Assembly (NCBI RefSeq): GCF_018977255.1
Contig: NW_024704742.1
Span: 20,648,001 to 20,712,000, forward strand
Origin: Callorhinchus milii
Lineage: Eukaryota
DNA length: 64,000 bases
Reading direction: 5' to 3'
Of the stretch, positions 51,773 to 64,000 are shown piece after piece. The notes beneath the pieces were generated by a model. It had not been told where the DNA came from and ran no database searches. It saw nothing but the letters and a program-made list of their open reading frames with translations. Position numbers and translations under genes: made by a program. Within the stretch, counting starts at the first letter, position 1. Every line of letters starts with the position of its first letter.

Positions 51773-52329
51773 CATTTTTCAAATTGATCAGAGCACAGTT
51801 TTAATATTTTAAAAATCTATAAAACACCCTTGTTCAATTGTTCCTTCCACGTTCGCCTACTTTCTATTGGTAATGTTATTGAATTTTGGAACATTGATGT
51901 GCAAAAACACGATTTGTGTTCAGTGTAACTGCGAATGTATTATAAATATATAAAATGTAAAATAATTTAGCTCTTGCTATTGCTGCATAAAGTTCATGAT
52001 ATTTGTTTTTTTGACATATGAATCCTTTTGGTTCAATAATGCAGTCTATCAAGTTGCTGTTGAAGTTACAGTCCATGCCTAGGGCTGTTGTAGTCTATTA
52101 CTCATTTCTAGAATAAGTCAGAATACCAGTTGTGTTTTCAATTAGTTGATTCATTCTTACTGCTAGTTGTAGTTCAATAATTTGATCTGGCACTGTTAGG
52201 TTTTAGTGGCTGTTAATACAAATCCATTATTGATCTTGTGTTTTGCCCACAAAAACATAGTCACTACACTTCACAGTATATTCTGTGAAATGCTTTGAGA
52301 CATCTCGAAGATGTGATAAGGCACTATAT

Positions 52330-53437
52330 CAACTGTCCTTTCTACCCCACATCTGTGCCATGACCCGCTCTGCTTTCCCCCACCACCGCAACATCACCGG
52401 ACTCCGCCACTGTCTCACACTACAGGCCGCCAAGACCCTCATACACATTCATAACATCCTGGAGTCCACAATGGAGTCCTGTAGCTCAGTGGTTAGAGCC
52501 CTCATCTTGCAAGTGAAATACCTGTGTTCGATTCCCGGCAGGGCGAAATATTGGGCAAGTTTCCTTGCTCCACACACCTCTGTTTACCGAGTGGTAAGTA
52601 GGAACCCATTTGTTAGTCGATTGGTGGATCACTTTTCCAGGGTTAATAATCCTTAAAAAAAATTATAATTTGGTTACTCAATCCACGACTGTTTGTGGGA
52701 CACTGCTGTATGCAATCGGCTGCCACGTTTCGCCCACAGATATACAGTCAATTCACTTTACAGTATATTCTGTGAAGCCCTTTGAGATGGCTAGAAGACA
52801 TGAAAAGCACTATATCAAATTCAAGGATTATTATTATTATTAATTATTATCCAGGCTCGACTACGCAAACTCCCTGCTTGTCGGCCTCCCCAAATCCTAC
52901 CCTCCATAAGTTGCAGATCATCCAGAACTCTGGAGTCCATGTCCTCTCCCACACCAGGCTCAATGACCCTGTCAACACCATCCTCACCCGACACTACTGG
53001 CTTCCCATTACACAGAGGATACAGTTCAAGATCTTGGTTCTCACTTTCCAAGCCCTCCACCGCCTTGCTCCTCCCTACCTCTGTGACCTCCTAATCCTCT
53101 ACCAATCTGCCCACTTCCTCCACTTAGCGGGCTCCGGCCTGCTTCATGTCCCCCATCTCGCCCACCCCACCATTGGCGGGCGGGCCTTCTGCCACTCTGC
53201 CCCCACCCTCTGGAATGCCATCTCTCAGCCTCTCCACCTCGCTCCCTCCCTTGCCTCCTTTAAGACCTGTTTCAAAACCCTCCTCTTCGACCGTGCCTTC
53301 AGCCACCCTCCTTCCCCACCCAGCCCTCCACCCTGCCCGATCCCGAACCCCAGCTTGAGTCCGAAACACTGATTGTCCAGTGCCTTGGGATGTCCTCCCA
53401 ATATGAAAGGCACTATACAAATATAATTTTGTTGTTA
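52330..53437 (+). mobile_element. L2 3' fragment split by a SINE
   Basis: HHRNITGLRHCLT..AAKTLIH before the SINE, SRLDYANSLL and YWLPITQRIQFKIL after it. Confidence 0.9.
52472..52849 (+). mobile_element. tRNA-derived SINE (long variant)
   Basis: Full head, body and (ATT)n tail. Confidence 0.92.
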
Positions 53438-54651
53438 TATCTGCTAACTTTGTATGGAATCATATTGATAAGTTAGGGTGGGTGGAAAATTCCAATTTGT
53501 TATTCTAAACTTTTCTACATGTTCTTGACAGATCAATGAAACCATTTGATGTGCAGATAAAGGGAAGTTATTTTCAGAGTAATTCTTTTAAAAAGGCTAT
53601 CTTTATTCTCTTTCTTGTACAAAGCTTTCTTGAAGTGTTAGCCTGGCTCAGTTGGTTAGCACTCTCGCCTCTGAGTGAGAAGATGTGGGTTCAAACACAA
53701 CTTCAAGACTTTGAATTCACTTTATGATATGTCCCTGACATGAAAGGCACTATACCAAATGCATGGCTTATGATCATTAATAATAATAACAATAATAGCA
53801 ATAATGAAGCTACAGAACTCCACTGTCTCCCTTTTAGTGTGGCTGACTGTAAACCTTTCATTGTTTGGCCACCAGGTTGTCTCACACATGTGAAAAGTCA
53901 TCAATACTATTTAATACTATTGAAACCAAGCTGAGAATGTTCCATATGGAAAGGTTTACATACATTTCATGGAAAAAATACACATTTGAAGTTTGATTGT
54001 TTTTTTTGGTCAGCCAGGTATCTGGCACTTGCTTAAGAGTATCCCAAGCCAGACTGAGAGCTTTGTGTATCCCATCTACCTATGGTATTTCCTATGTCTG
54101 GAATGGAAGTGCAAAGACATCAGGTTCGTGACAAAAATTTCAGTCTCACAACTTGTGTTCAAGGCTGAATTTCAGCTCTGGGCTGAATTTGATTGTTTTG
54201 AACAAATAATAACAACAGCTTGCATTTATATAGTGTCCTTCACACAGGGTAACATCTTGAAACTCTTATCAATTTCACTAATAGTTTAAGTCAAATACTC
54301 AGAGTAGATATTATGTGGCACATTGCAAATGCCCAGTTCATTTCTTGATTAGGATCCTAAACAAATTTATATAAATCAATTTGGATGTGCAAGTTAATAA
54401 ATTATGCAACTTTTATTACCCCTGTATATGCACTGCCAAGTAGTACTGGATTAAGTGCTGTGATATTTATGGCTGTCCTGTCAACTTTTAAATTTATTCA
54501 GTCAACTTTGGCTCCTAACTTCAAGATTCCATATCTATGACAAGAGGGCATAAACTGAAGCTTAGAAGAGGAAAGATGGCCAGTTCAGGTTTAGTTTCTT
54601 ACTGAATTGATTTGGACTCGCAAAATGATTTGGACTCAGATACAGAAAGTA

Positions 54652-54995
54652 TCTGCCCACTCCCTCCGTTCATCGGGCTCCGGCCTGCTCCACGACTCCC
54701 GCCCGACCCACCCTACCATTGGTGGCCGGGCTTTCAGCCTCTCTGTCCCCACACTCTGGAACTCCATCCCACGGTCCCTTCCCCTCGCTTCCTCCCTTAC
54801 CTCCTTCAAGGCCGGTCTCAAGACCCTTCTCTTCGACCGTGCCTTTGGTCTCCCTCCGACCTCTTTGACTTTCCTCACCCCTGAACCACCCCTCCCCCAT
54901 GCTCGGGCCCCGACAACTGACTGTTCAGCGCTTTGGGGCATTCTCCCGACGTGAAAGGCACTGTATAAATATAATTTTGTTGTTGTTGTTGTTGT
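54652..54995 (+). mobile_element. L2 subfamily B 3' end
   Basis: [10 protein letters not shown]...IGGRAFS...[14 protein letters not shown] and (TTG)n. Confidence 0.93.
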
Positions 54996-56233
54996 ATGGT
55001 CTCGAAATTTGCAGAAGACACCACACTGTGGAGAGTATGTTCAACACATCTTGGCGAGTCCATAAGAAAGGATATGCATATAAGATAGCCAATAACATAT
55101 CTAAAGAGAGTTTAGGAGAAATTTATGCAGAGAATGGTGAGAATGTGAAACTCGCTGCTGGTGGCTGTGGTTGAAGTAAAAAGCATCAAATATTGAAGAG
55201 GGTGAAGCGAATAGAAAGGTTTGAGTGAGTGGATGAGGAAAGTGGAGGCAAGTGTGGAATATAACCACAAATATGGTTTATTTGTGCCAATGACCTTCTT
55301 TTTACCCAGAGGGTAATTTATAAAGAGTTGGGAGACAGTGGAGGCAGAACATGCCATCAAATTGAAGAGGGAATTGGATAGCTATTTGGCAAAGAAACTG
55401 ATTGAAGCATTTAAGAAAAAAAGTGTCAATAGTCTTTTTTGGTCCTGTACATTTCTACATTCCCATCAAAAATAATAATCTTTCCATTTGCTATAGCGCT
55501 GTATCACATTGTTGAGAAATCTCAAAGCTTTTCACAAAATTTACTCCAAAGTATAGTGCCTGTGTATTTGTAGTTGAACTCAGCAGGTAATTTGTGCACA
55601 GCAATGTCCCACAATCTACAGTAAATCAAGGGTCGAATAACAGAAAACATTTGCTTTCGTAACTCAAATGCAGTTTCGTTACAAGCAAAATGGAATAATA
55701 TTTAGCTTTCTACACACAGTGGCAGCATGCGTTATTCAGCACTGTGTGATGAATAGATAGTTGTGAACTTCAGTATGGAGCACACCAGAATGTTGAATAA
55801 AAAGTACATTTCAGTGTATTGAATCCTTTGAAAATAATAATGATGAAAATGTTTTGGTACCTTTATAGTTGTATATTTAATACCTAATCTCTGGAATTCC
55901 CTGCTTCTAACCGTCTATCTTTAAATCCCACCATAAAACCCATTTATTTCACCATGCTTATTGCCATCTCCCCCTTCCTCCTCCCCTTGCTTGATACCTA
56001 ACCCCATCTTTGTACAGTGCTCCTATATGAAGGATAATATAAAGTAGAATCATAGAATCCTACAGCATAGAAGGAAGCCAATGGACCCATCCTGCCCGAG
56101 CTGGCTCTTTGAAAGAGTTATCCAACTAGTCCCACTCTCCTGCTCTCACCCCATAGCCCTGCAAATGTTTCCTTTTCAAGTAAATATCTAATTCCCTTTT
56201 GAAACCTACTATCGAATTTGCTTCCACCACTCT

Positions 56234-56868
56234 GTGACGTCCTGTAGCTCAATGTTTAGAGCACCCACCTCACAAGTGAGAGTACCTGGGTTCGATTCCC
56301 AGGCAGGGGTGAAATGTTGGGTATGTTTCCTTACTCCACACACCTCTGTTTACCTAGCACTAAATAGGAACCTGGTCGATTGGAGGATCTCTTTTCCGGG
56401 GGTAATAATTCCTTCCAAAATTTAATAATGATAGTAATAATTTGTATCAGCAACATTAACAACATTAATGTTAGTAACAATTAGATAATTTTTCATCTGA
56501 CTGTCAGTCCACCAGCAAGCTAAGACAAAATTATGCTAGCCACATACATGGATTTCTATTTGCCGCATGATTTCAAACCATGTCACTGGTAACATCACTG
56601 CATTTGTTGCCTGGCAAACTGTTTGTCTCAGGCACGAGATTCTGCACCATCAAAAAAAGACATGTGGTCACTCAATCCATGAATGTTTGTGGGACACTGC
56701 TGTGTGCAATTGACTGCCTCATTTCTCCCACAAATATACAGTTCAATTCACTTTACAGTATATTCTGTGAAGCGCTTTTGAAACACCTCGAAGATGTGAT
56801 AATAATAATAATAATCCTTGCATTTGATACAGCCTTATAAGGCACTATATCAAATCAAGGATTATTAT
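56234..56868 (+). mobile_element. tRNA-derived SINE (long variant), interrupted at about 56425-56663
   Basis: Head half to about 56422; body resumes at tggtcactcaatccatg. Confidence 0.8.
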
Positions 56869-58210
56869 AAGAACATATGAACATGAGAATTAAGAGCAGG
56901 AGTAGGCCATTCGGCCCCTCGAGCCTGCCCCACCATTTGATAAGATCATGGCTGATCTTCAGACCTAACTCTAATTACCTGCCCTATCCCCATATCCCCT
57001 AATCCCTCTATTTTTTAAAAAATCTTTCAGTCTCAGCCTTGAAGATGTTCGAGGACTGAGCATCTGCAGCCTTCTGGGGTAGTGAATTCCATAAATTAAC
57101 TACCCTCTGAGTGAAGAAATGTTTCCTCAACTCTGTTCTAAAAGGCTGACCCTTAATTTTAAGACTGTGACCCCTGGTTATAGATTCTCCTACCAGGGGA
57201 AACAGACCCTCAGTGTCTACTTTATCAGCCCCTTAAGAATCTTATATGTTTCAATAAGATCTCCCTAATTCTTCTGTACTCTAGAGAATACAGCCCTAGT
57301 TTATTCAGCCTATCATCATAGATCAGTCCCCTCATCCCAGGAACTAACCTAGTGAATCTACGCTGCACCCCCTCTCGGGCAAGTGTGTCCTTTTTTAAAT
57401 AAGGAGATCAAAACTGCACACAATACTCTAGGTGCGGTCTCACCAAGGTCCTATACAGTTGCAGCAAGACTTCCCTACTCTTGTACTCTAAACCTTTTGC
57501 AATGAACACTAACATGCCGTTCGCCTACTTAGTTGTTTCCTGCACCTGCAAACTAACTTTTTGAGACTAATGTACAAGGACACCCAAATCCCTCTGAACA
57601 CTAACACTGTCTAATCTCTCCCCTGCTAGAAAATAATCTGTTTTTCTATTTTTTCTACCTAGGTGAATAACTTCACACTTCCCCACATTACATTCCATCT
57701 GCCACCTACTCGCCCACTCCCCTAGCCTATCTATATCCCGTTGCAATCTTTTTGCATCATCCTCAGAGCTTACTCTCCCACCTAGTTTAGTGTCATCTGC
57801 GAATTTAGATATGTTACATTCAATGTCCTCATTAAGATCATTGATGTAAATTGTAAATAGCTGAGGCCCAAGCACTGATCCTTGTGGCACTCCTGCCAAT
57901 TCGAGAATGACCCTTTCTCCTTACTCTCTGTTTTCTACCCATTAGCCACTCTTCAATCCATGCTAATATGTTCCCATTAATCCCGTGGGCCTTAACCTTG
58001 TGCAATAGCCTTTTGTGTGGCACTTTGTCAAATGCCTTTTTAAAATCTAAATATAATACATCTACTGGTTCCCCCCTATCTAACCTGCTAGATACATCTT
58101 CAGAAAACTCTAAAAGATTAGTTAAGCATGACTTCCCTTTTGTAAAGCCATGTTGACTCTGCCTAATCTTGTTATGGTCTTCCAGGAATCCCATAACGAC
58201 ATCTTTAATT
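56869..58210 (-). mobile_element. CR1 LINE, 5'-truncated, disrupted RT
   Basis: [45 protein letters not shown] split over frames; AAGAACAT-type tail. Confidence 0.95.
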
Positions 58211-59139
58211 AATTATATATTATATATTATAAATTGCCCCCCCTACTGTAATATAACATACTAGGAGTTCTTAGCTGAACAAGCAGTGTAAAGTTTACAA
58301 TTGCACTGTTTTTGTTGGATTAATTCCTGTTGTACCCCAAAATGTACCTTGTGTACCCTAATCACTTGTCTTTCTTAAACTAGACCTATGTTCTCCTGGC
58401 ATAGGCAAGTAAGGAGGCCTAATTTAGACCTCCATTAGCATTGTTGAAGTATTAATACAGGCAGTGCAAATTGATTTGGGCTCTGCTCAAAATAGATTAC
58501 CCAGACATAAGTGTGCTACCCCAGTGATAAAGCCATTAGACAGATGGCATCTCATTCAGTCCAAATAAAGCAATCTCTACAATTAAATCATGTCTGAATG
58601 CCTTCCTTCACAAAAAAAGTCTGGATACATATCCAAATAGGTCAAGAGATCTGATAGACAAAGCTAATGTGGTATTAATACTACTAATGGCTCATGAAAT
58701 GTATTCAGAGTAACTGAGCAGTCGAGAGCAAGAAGGTCCCAGAGACACACATTTATCATGGTCATAACCTCAACATCATTGGCATTAAATTTATGACTTT
58801 CAGAAAATTTTTAAATGCAGTCTTAATTTGGAAGCTGGATTTCTCCTGTTCTTTTTAAAAATTGTGGAAAATTGGCCTCCAAATGATAACAAAATAAACC
58901 TTACATTTGATATAGTATCTTTCCACATCAGGAGAATGTCTAAAAGCACTTCACATGATATACTGTAAAGTGTAAAGACTGTGCAGTTGTGGGGGACCAC
59001 GACAGCCAATTTTGTGCACAACAATGCCTTGCAAACTGCCAGGAAATGAATGACTATTTGTTTTATTTGGGTGGACTGTAGGCAAGGAGACTAGGTAGAA
59101 ATTTCCTTCACTATTCAAATAGTGGCATTAGGACACTTT

Positions 59140-59509
59140 AATAATAATAATCCTTGCATTTGATATAGCTCTTTATCACGTCCTCAAGGCTTCTCAAAGT
59201 GCTTCACAGAATTTATTGTAAAGTGAATTGACTGTATAGTTTGTGGGCAAAATGTGGCAAGCTAATTGTGCACAGCAGTATCCCACAGACATTCGTGGAT
59301 TGAATGTCAAAATTATTATTATTTTATTTTTTTGGAAGCGATTATTACCCCTGGAATGATCCGCCAATCAACTAACAACAGGGTTCCTACTTACAGGTAA
59401 ACAAACGTGTGGAGTAAGGAAACTTGCCTAACGTTTCGCCCTGCCTGGAAATCGAGCTCAATCCTCTCGCTTGTGAGTCAAATGCTCTAACAAAACTCTA
59501 CAAGACTCC
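59140..59509 (-). mobile_element. tRNA-derived SINE (long variant) nested in an older Deu-type SINE (about 58890-59570)
   Basis: Deu sequence caaatagtggcattaggacacttta resumes as ttcacctgaacaggcagatgaggcc after the inner SINE head. Confidence 0.85.
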
Positions 59510-59784
59510 CCAGTTCACCTGAACAGGCAGATGAGGCCTTGTTTTGATGTTTCATTCAAAGAACGGATGACATTGGAAATTAATAATAATAATAATCCTT
59601 GCATTTGATAATAATAATAATCATTGTATTTGATATAGCGCTTTTCACGTCTTCAAGACGTCTCAAAGCGCTTCACAGGATATATTGTAAAATGAATTGA
59701 CTGTATGTAAGAATTTTCCAAAATTCCATATGACCTTGAAGGCAATGGTATTAAAGGCTCAGACCTAGCGAAATTTTAAGTCTC

Positions 59785-60075
59785 TGGTTCCATCTCAGGT
59801 CTGTGGAAAGTGAACTGATGTCAGCCAGCAGGGTTGCAGTTGAAGCTGCAACTGGTTTCAGAGTCCCAAACTAAGGAGGATCAAATCAGATTCAATCTTG
59901 ATTTTCAATCTCCTCCATTCTTTGATGGAAACATCAATCAATGAAACATCACACTCTGGCCTGTGACAGAGGTGTGATTGCATGGGTGTCAGATGAGGAC
60001 AGGATTGGATTTTGCTGTGATACTCACGGCTATTGATAATAGCTTGCCACTTTGGAAAGCTATTTGCACCATTTG
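59785..60075 (+). mobile_element. Degenerate SINE-like repeat, same family as 50655-50980
   Basis: Mutual similarity; ggttccatctcaggtctgtg B-box-like start. Confidence 0.5.
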
Positions 60076-61149
60076 AGCCAAACTCGAGTATTGGGCAAAA
60101 GGACTGCAAAAGCGACTCAAACATTTTCAGAAAAGGAGGGAGAGGGTGGAAAATTAAGGAAAGAATTTGGCATTAAACGTAACAGTAAATGCTATGCCTC
60201 TTCTATTTCTTAGAGTATCTGTGGGAAGAATGCAATCAAACAGTATTACAACTTACTTTCCTTCTGTCTTCTTTTGCCTCAGACCTTGTCAGTAATACCT
60301 CTGGGATGTTAACCTTTTTTAAGAAGCAACATAGATCCATCATCTTCAAAAGACTGTGAACAACATGTGGTGCAGGAATAATTTACACAGTGAGAAGTTG
60401 CCTAATTGGAGCCTGCTCACCAAGTGCTACAGTGTCAGGAGACCCACTGGTACTTTAATGCTAGTAACAGCGCACAAGAAATATCTGCTTGAATCAGAGC
60501 AGAGCCGATAAATGTTGTAAGCTGGTGCAATTGACTTTCCCTGTAGTAGTTAGCAGCATTGTATGGCATCTCTTGCTCTAATAAATGGATATGCTGAACA
60601 GACTTTGATGGTCGTAAAGCACTTATTCTCTTGCACTCTGACAGGGTCATAACTAAAATTCAGCGAGTATATTTTCTAATCAATATCCAATCAAGCAACT
60701 CAGCTTAGACTGTAACACTGTTAGGCTAAGATAGTGGTTTGCACCTTATCATTGGATTTTCATCTCGGCTAACCTTTCAATGGGAATACTGCTGAAGAGT
60801 CTCTATTGCATTGTGTTTTCATTCGGTTCAAGCCACTAATTCCTCAGACTGCATTAAGTTTCTGCTCAGTGCTTAACATCAAAGGGATCTTATTATTATC
60901 ATTATTAATAATAATAATAATCCTTAGTAAAGAATCTATATAAAATGTAATCATCACAAAGACTTTCAAGTCTTCCTTCGGATGAGACAGCACCTCCGAC
61001 AATGCAACACCTCCCCCAGTGCTGCATTGGAGTGTCATCTTAGACTTTGTGATTCCAATGTTGTACTTGGACCCACAATCTTCTGACTCAGAGGCAGGAG
61101 TGCTGCTTCTGAGCCAAGGTATCCTATCCATGGAGTAGTTTTGTTTCCT

Positions 61150-61500
61150 ATTCTTATTTCATATAAGTAATATCTTGCATTATTTGTATTGAACTTCATT
61201 TGCTAATTTGATAGGATACTATCAAGCTTCTTTGCTGCCCCTTTTGATTCTACAGATCCCCTAACTTCATGTCATCTGCAAGTTTAATAACCTTACACTA
61301 AGTCTGTGAATCCAGCTCATGAATGCATACAAGGAATAGGAAGAGATCCAGAACAGACCTCTGAGGCACCTCACTTAAAGCCTTTCTCTGTTTTGACCTA
61401 CCATCCATAAGGACAGCCCTCTGATTCCTTCCTTTCAGCCAAGTTTGAATCCTTAAAAGACTGCATTGCCTTTGATATTCCGTCCCATCATCATGGATTT
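61150..61500 (-). mobile_element. Very degenerate CR1 RT fragment
   Basis: IQTWLKGRNQRAV...EVPQRSVLDLFLFLV and a downstream KLADD-like motif. Confidence 0.75.
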
Positions 61501-61864
61501 CATCTGTGTAGAAATGGGTAGAGGAAAAACAAACCTGGCGCATTCCTTTTCTACACAGTTTGTTGAACAACCCATTACTGTCCCATTTTGTTAGCAGCTT
61601 GAAATTTAGTGCTGTACACAGATGGAGATGCGCAGAAGCCCTTATTGGGACACCAGAAACCTTGGTTATTGCTCAGTTCAGACAAAGCTACGTGTCAAGC
61701 AACAGATCACTCAGAGACATGGTGTTGGACTCAATCTCATTCATACGTTATCAGGCCCAATTTAGCAGGTCTGCATTCAGTCAAGTAATGCAATCATTTC
61801 TGTACCACAAGGTACTGGCAGACATATTACTTTTTTATGGAGGTGGTACACTTGTCATTCATAC

Positions 61865-62403
61865 TATCATCCTTAGGTGGCAGGTAAGCAGGGCCTCCTT
61901 GGAGCTGAACAGGAAACAGAATGTCAGAATTGAATCAGCCCTCTGTGGTGGTCTCAATAGTCCGGTTCCTGAGCCAGGCAGATCCGTACTATTCCAGAGC
62001 ACTGCCGATGACAGCACAGCCAGCCTGGCTCATCGGCAGACCTAGAAGGCAGATCAGTCATCCCACTCAGCTCCTGTAAATATTGCAACCCAAAGCCCAA
62101 ATCGGCAGGGTGGTCCTAGCTGGACAAACAGTGGAAAGGCGTGTCAGACAGTGATATCAATGGCAAGCTATGTGATTTTACCTGGTTAGACTCCAGCAGT
62201 ACCCCATCCCACACTCTGATGTCACCTGTGCTTCGGGAATTAGGTAAGCAGGATGTGTTCCTTCAGGGAGAGAGTTCATATTCCATTCCAACAATCTATC
62301 TCTGAGATTTCCATGTGCAGAAATCTCAACTTGGATTGGATAATCTTAAGCATGGTAATGGGTTTCCGCTTGCGTCAGACACCCAGCTGATCAAACAAAA
62401 ACA
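61865..62403 (+). mobile_element. Unclassified A-tailed repeat family copy
   Basis: Collinear with the 32.4 kb copy; ends gcgtcagacacccagctgatcaaacaaaaaca. Confidence 0.8.
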
Positions 62404-62544
62404 TTCAGACTAGAAATAGAGAAGGTACTTGAGACCCCCAAAATCAACCCATTGTTCTCTCCTCAGCCTCTTGTGGCAATTGACATTAAACAACGAAAAC
62501 ATGTCCTTGACCTCATTGCTAAGTTCACTGAAGGGGAACAGAAG

Positions 62545-63140
62545 AACAACAACAAATTACATTGGTATAGCACTGCTTATCACATAGGGTTGAGTGTGGA
62601 AAGAAAATGGAGACAGGTGAATATAACCACGGTCAAAGAGATAGGTTTTCAGTAGGATTTTAAAGATGGTTTGAGAAGGGATGAGGTGTAGGGATTTTGG
62701 AAGGGAGTTCCAGAGGATGGTAGGGGAATAGTGAATGAAAGTCACTTTGGTCATATGTTGTGTCTGAGGTGAGAGAAGGGGGAGGTGCAGACACACATAG
62801 GTCTGTTAGCTAAACTGAGGGGCAAGTAGGTGAATGAGACAGAAATTACTGCATCACAGAAGTAAATTTGGGTGAGGGATTGTAGGCATTTGTAGGTAAA
62901 GAGTGCTAATTTTGAAAGTGATTTCTTGACAGCTCTATATGAATGTGAGTTGAATTGTATTGTAGGGGTGGGAGGGATGAAGGATTAAGCTCTGAGATAT
63001 GCCACAGGTGATCATGTAATAGTGATAGGAAAAGCCATTAGAGGAAACAAAATGCAGGTTGTGGGACAGCTGGAATTGAAATCCCCTAAACGTGAATGAA
63101 AGAAGAGAGACGACTAAGGAGGATTGAATGATCAACAGTG
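62545..63140 (-). mobile_element. Very degenerate L2 fragments
   Basis: LWNSLPKSLHL...LKTYLFD and HFVSSNGFS...TCGISQ. Confidence 0.7.
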
Positions 63141-64000
63141 CAAAAGGAGAAGCCATAAACAACAGAGACAAGATATATCAGTGGCCAAAAATAAACATTA
63201 ATTGGATTTGTTCAAATGTTATCTGCAAAGCTTTTCCTTACGCTAAGTGCTGATAATGTGATTTAGATACATTTCTTCTTGGAAAAAAATAGTCTGTCTT
63301 CCTGAGGCACGAATAGGAAACTTTGGAACGATAACAGTTTGAAATGCCACATAGTTATTTCTAAAATGTTATTTGTTTTAATCTTGGGTATCACACATAG
63401 GGGTCTTTCAAATACCAATTGGTAAACATAGAGATATATTTGATCCTTGTTTTCTCCTCCACAAGCAGATACAATTGCTATTGCTTTAGAAAACAATGTG
63501 TGATTGTGCCTACAGATTTACAGCATGATACAAAGCTCTGAAACTCATCAGAGCTGAATTCTGAGCTGAGTATGATGTATGCAGGGCTCCTTGGGGAGAC
63601 TCACTTTACTTCCCAAGGTGCTTTTTCTGGTGAAAGGGGCCCTTTATCTTGCCATTTTTCCTCCGAGCACATTTCATTTAACCCTATCAACACAGCATGA
63701 AAGCCCTAAAAGTTTATTGCACAATTATAAACTGGAAGTGTCAGCGTGAGTGATTTCCTGCAGTGCGTTATTACTCTGCTCTGCCCTCTCTTCCCCTCCT
63801 TCGGTCTGTGACTGCTGTTCTGTCAGGTGAAGGCTGCACTGCATTTTTCAGCAATGTCAATAGCAACAATAGTTCACACATGACAGCAATCCCTTATCCC
63901 ATTCATCCCGCTCTCTCTAGAGGAAAGGTTGTAGTGATATCATTCAAAGGTAATTGATCAAAATAAAGATAAATAATAAAAAACAGACACCCGGATTTTC

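Noticed and set aside
1..64000. CRISPR array, prokaryotic operon or defence system
   Set aside because: No regularly spaced repeat-spacer structure and no gene-dense coding; all recognisable proteins are LINE RT fragments.

Overview
This is repeat-rich, AT-rich vertebrate non-coding DNA (intron or intergenic). The repeat families point to a cartilaginous fish, most plausibly a chimaera such as Callorhinchus; this is inferred from recalled SINE/LINE families, not from a search. I can support no host protein-coding exon, rRNA, genuine tRNA or CRISPR array. The window is dominated by retroposons: at least two L2-clade LINE subfamilies, CR1 LINE fragments, about 11 copies of a young tRNA-Ala-headed SINE with an L2-type 3' tail, and older Deu-domain SINEs. 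The best observations are: (1) a three-layer nested insertion at 44.3-48.1 kb whose innermost L2 keeps an uninterrupted reverse-transcriptase ORF and gains an in-frame ATG from the antisense flank; (2) a minimal hammerhead ribozyme in a Penelope-like fragment at 8373-8409; (3) a six-copy, A-tailed, structured repeat of about 0.9 kb that I cannot assign, whose longest copy encodes SIALQRGN, resembling the C-terminus of CRE-type LINE endonucleases; (4) a palindrome of about 610 bp and a hAT-Blackjack-type MITE. Boundaries of degenerate repeats are read by eye and are approximate.
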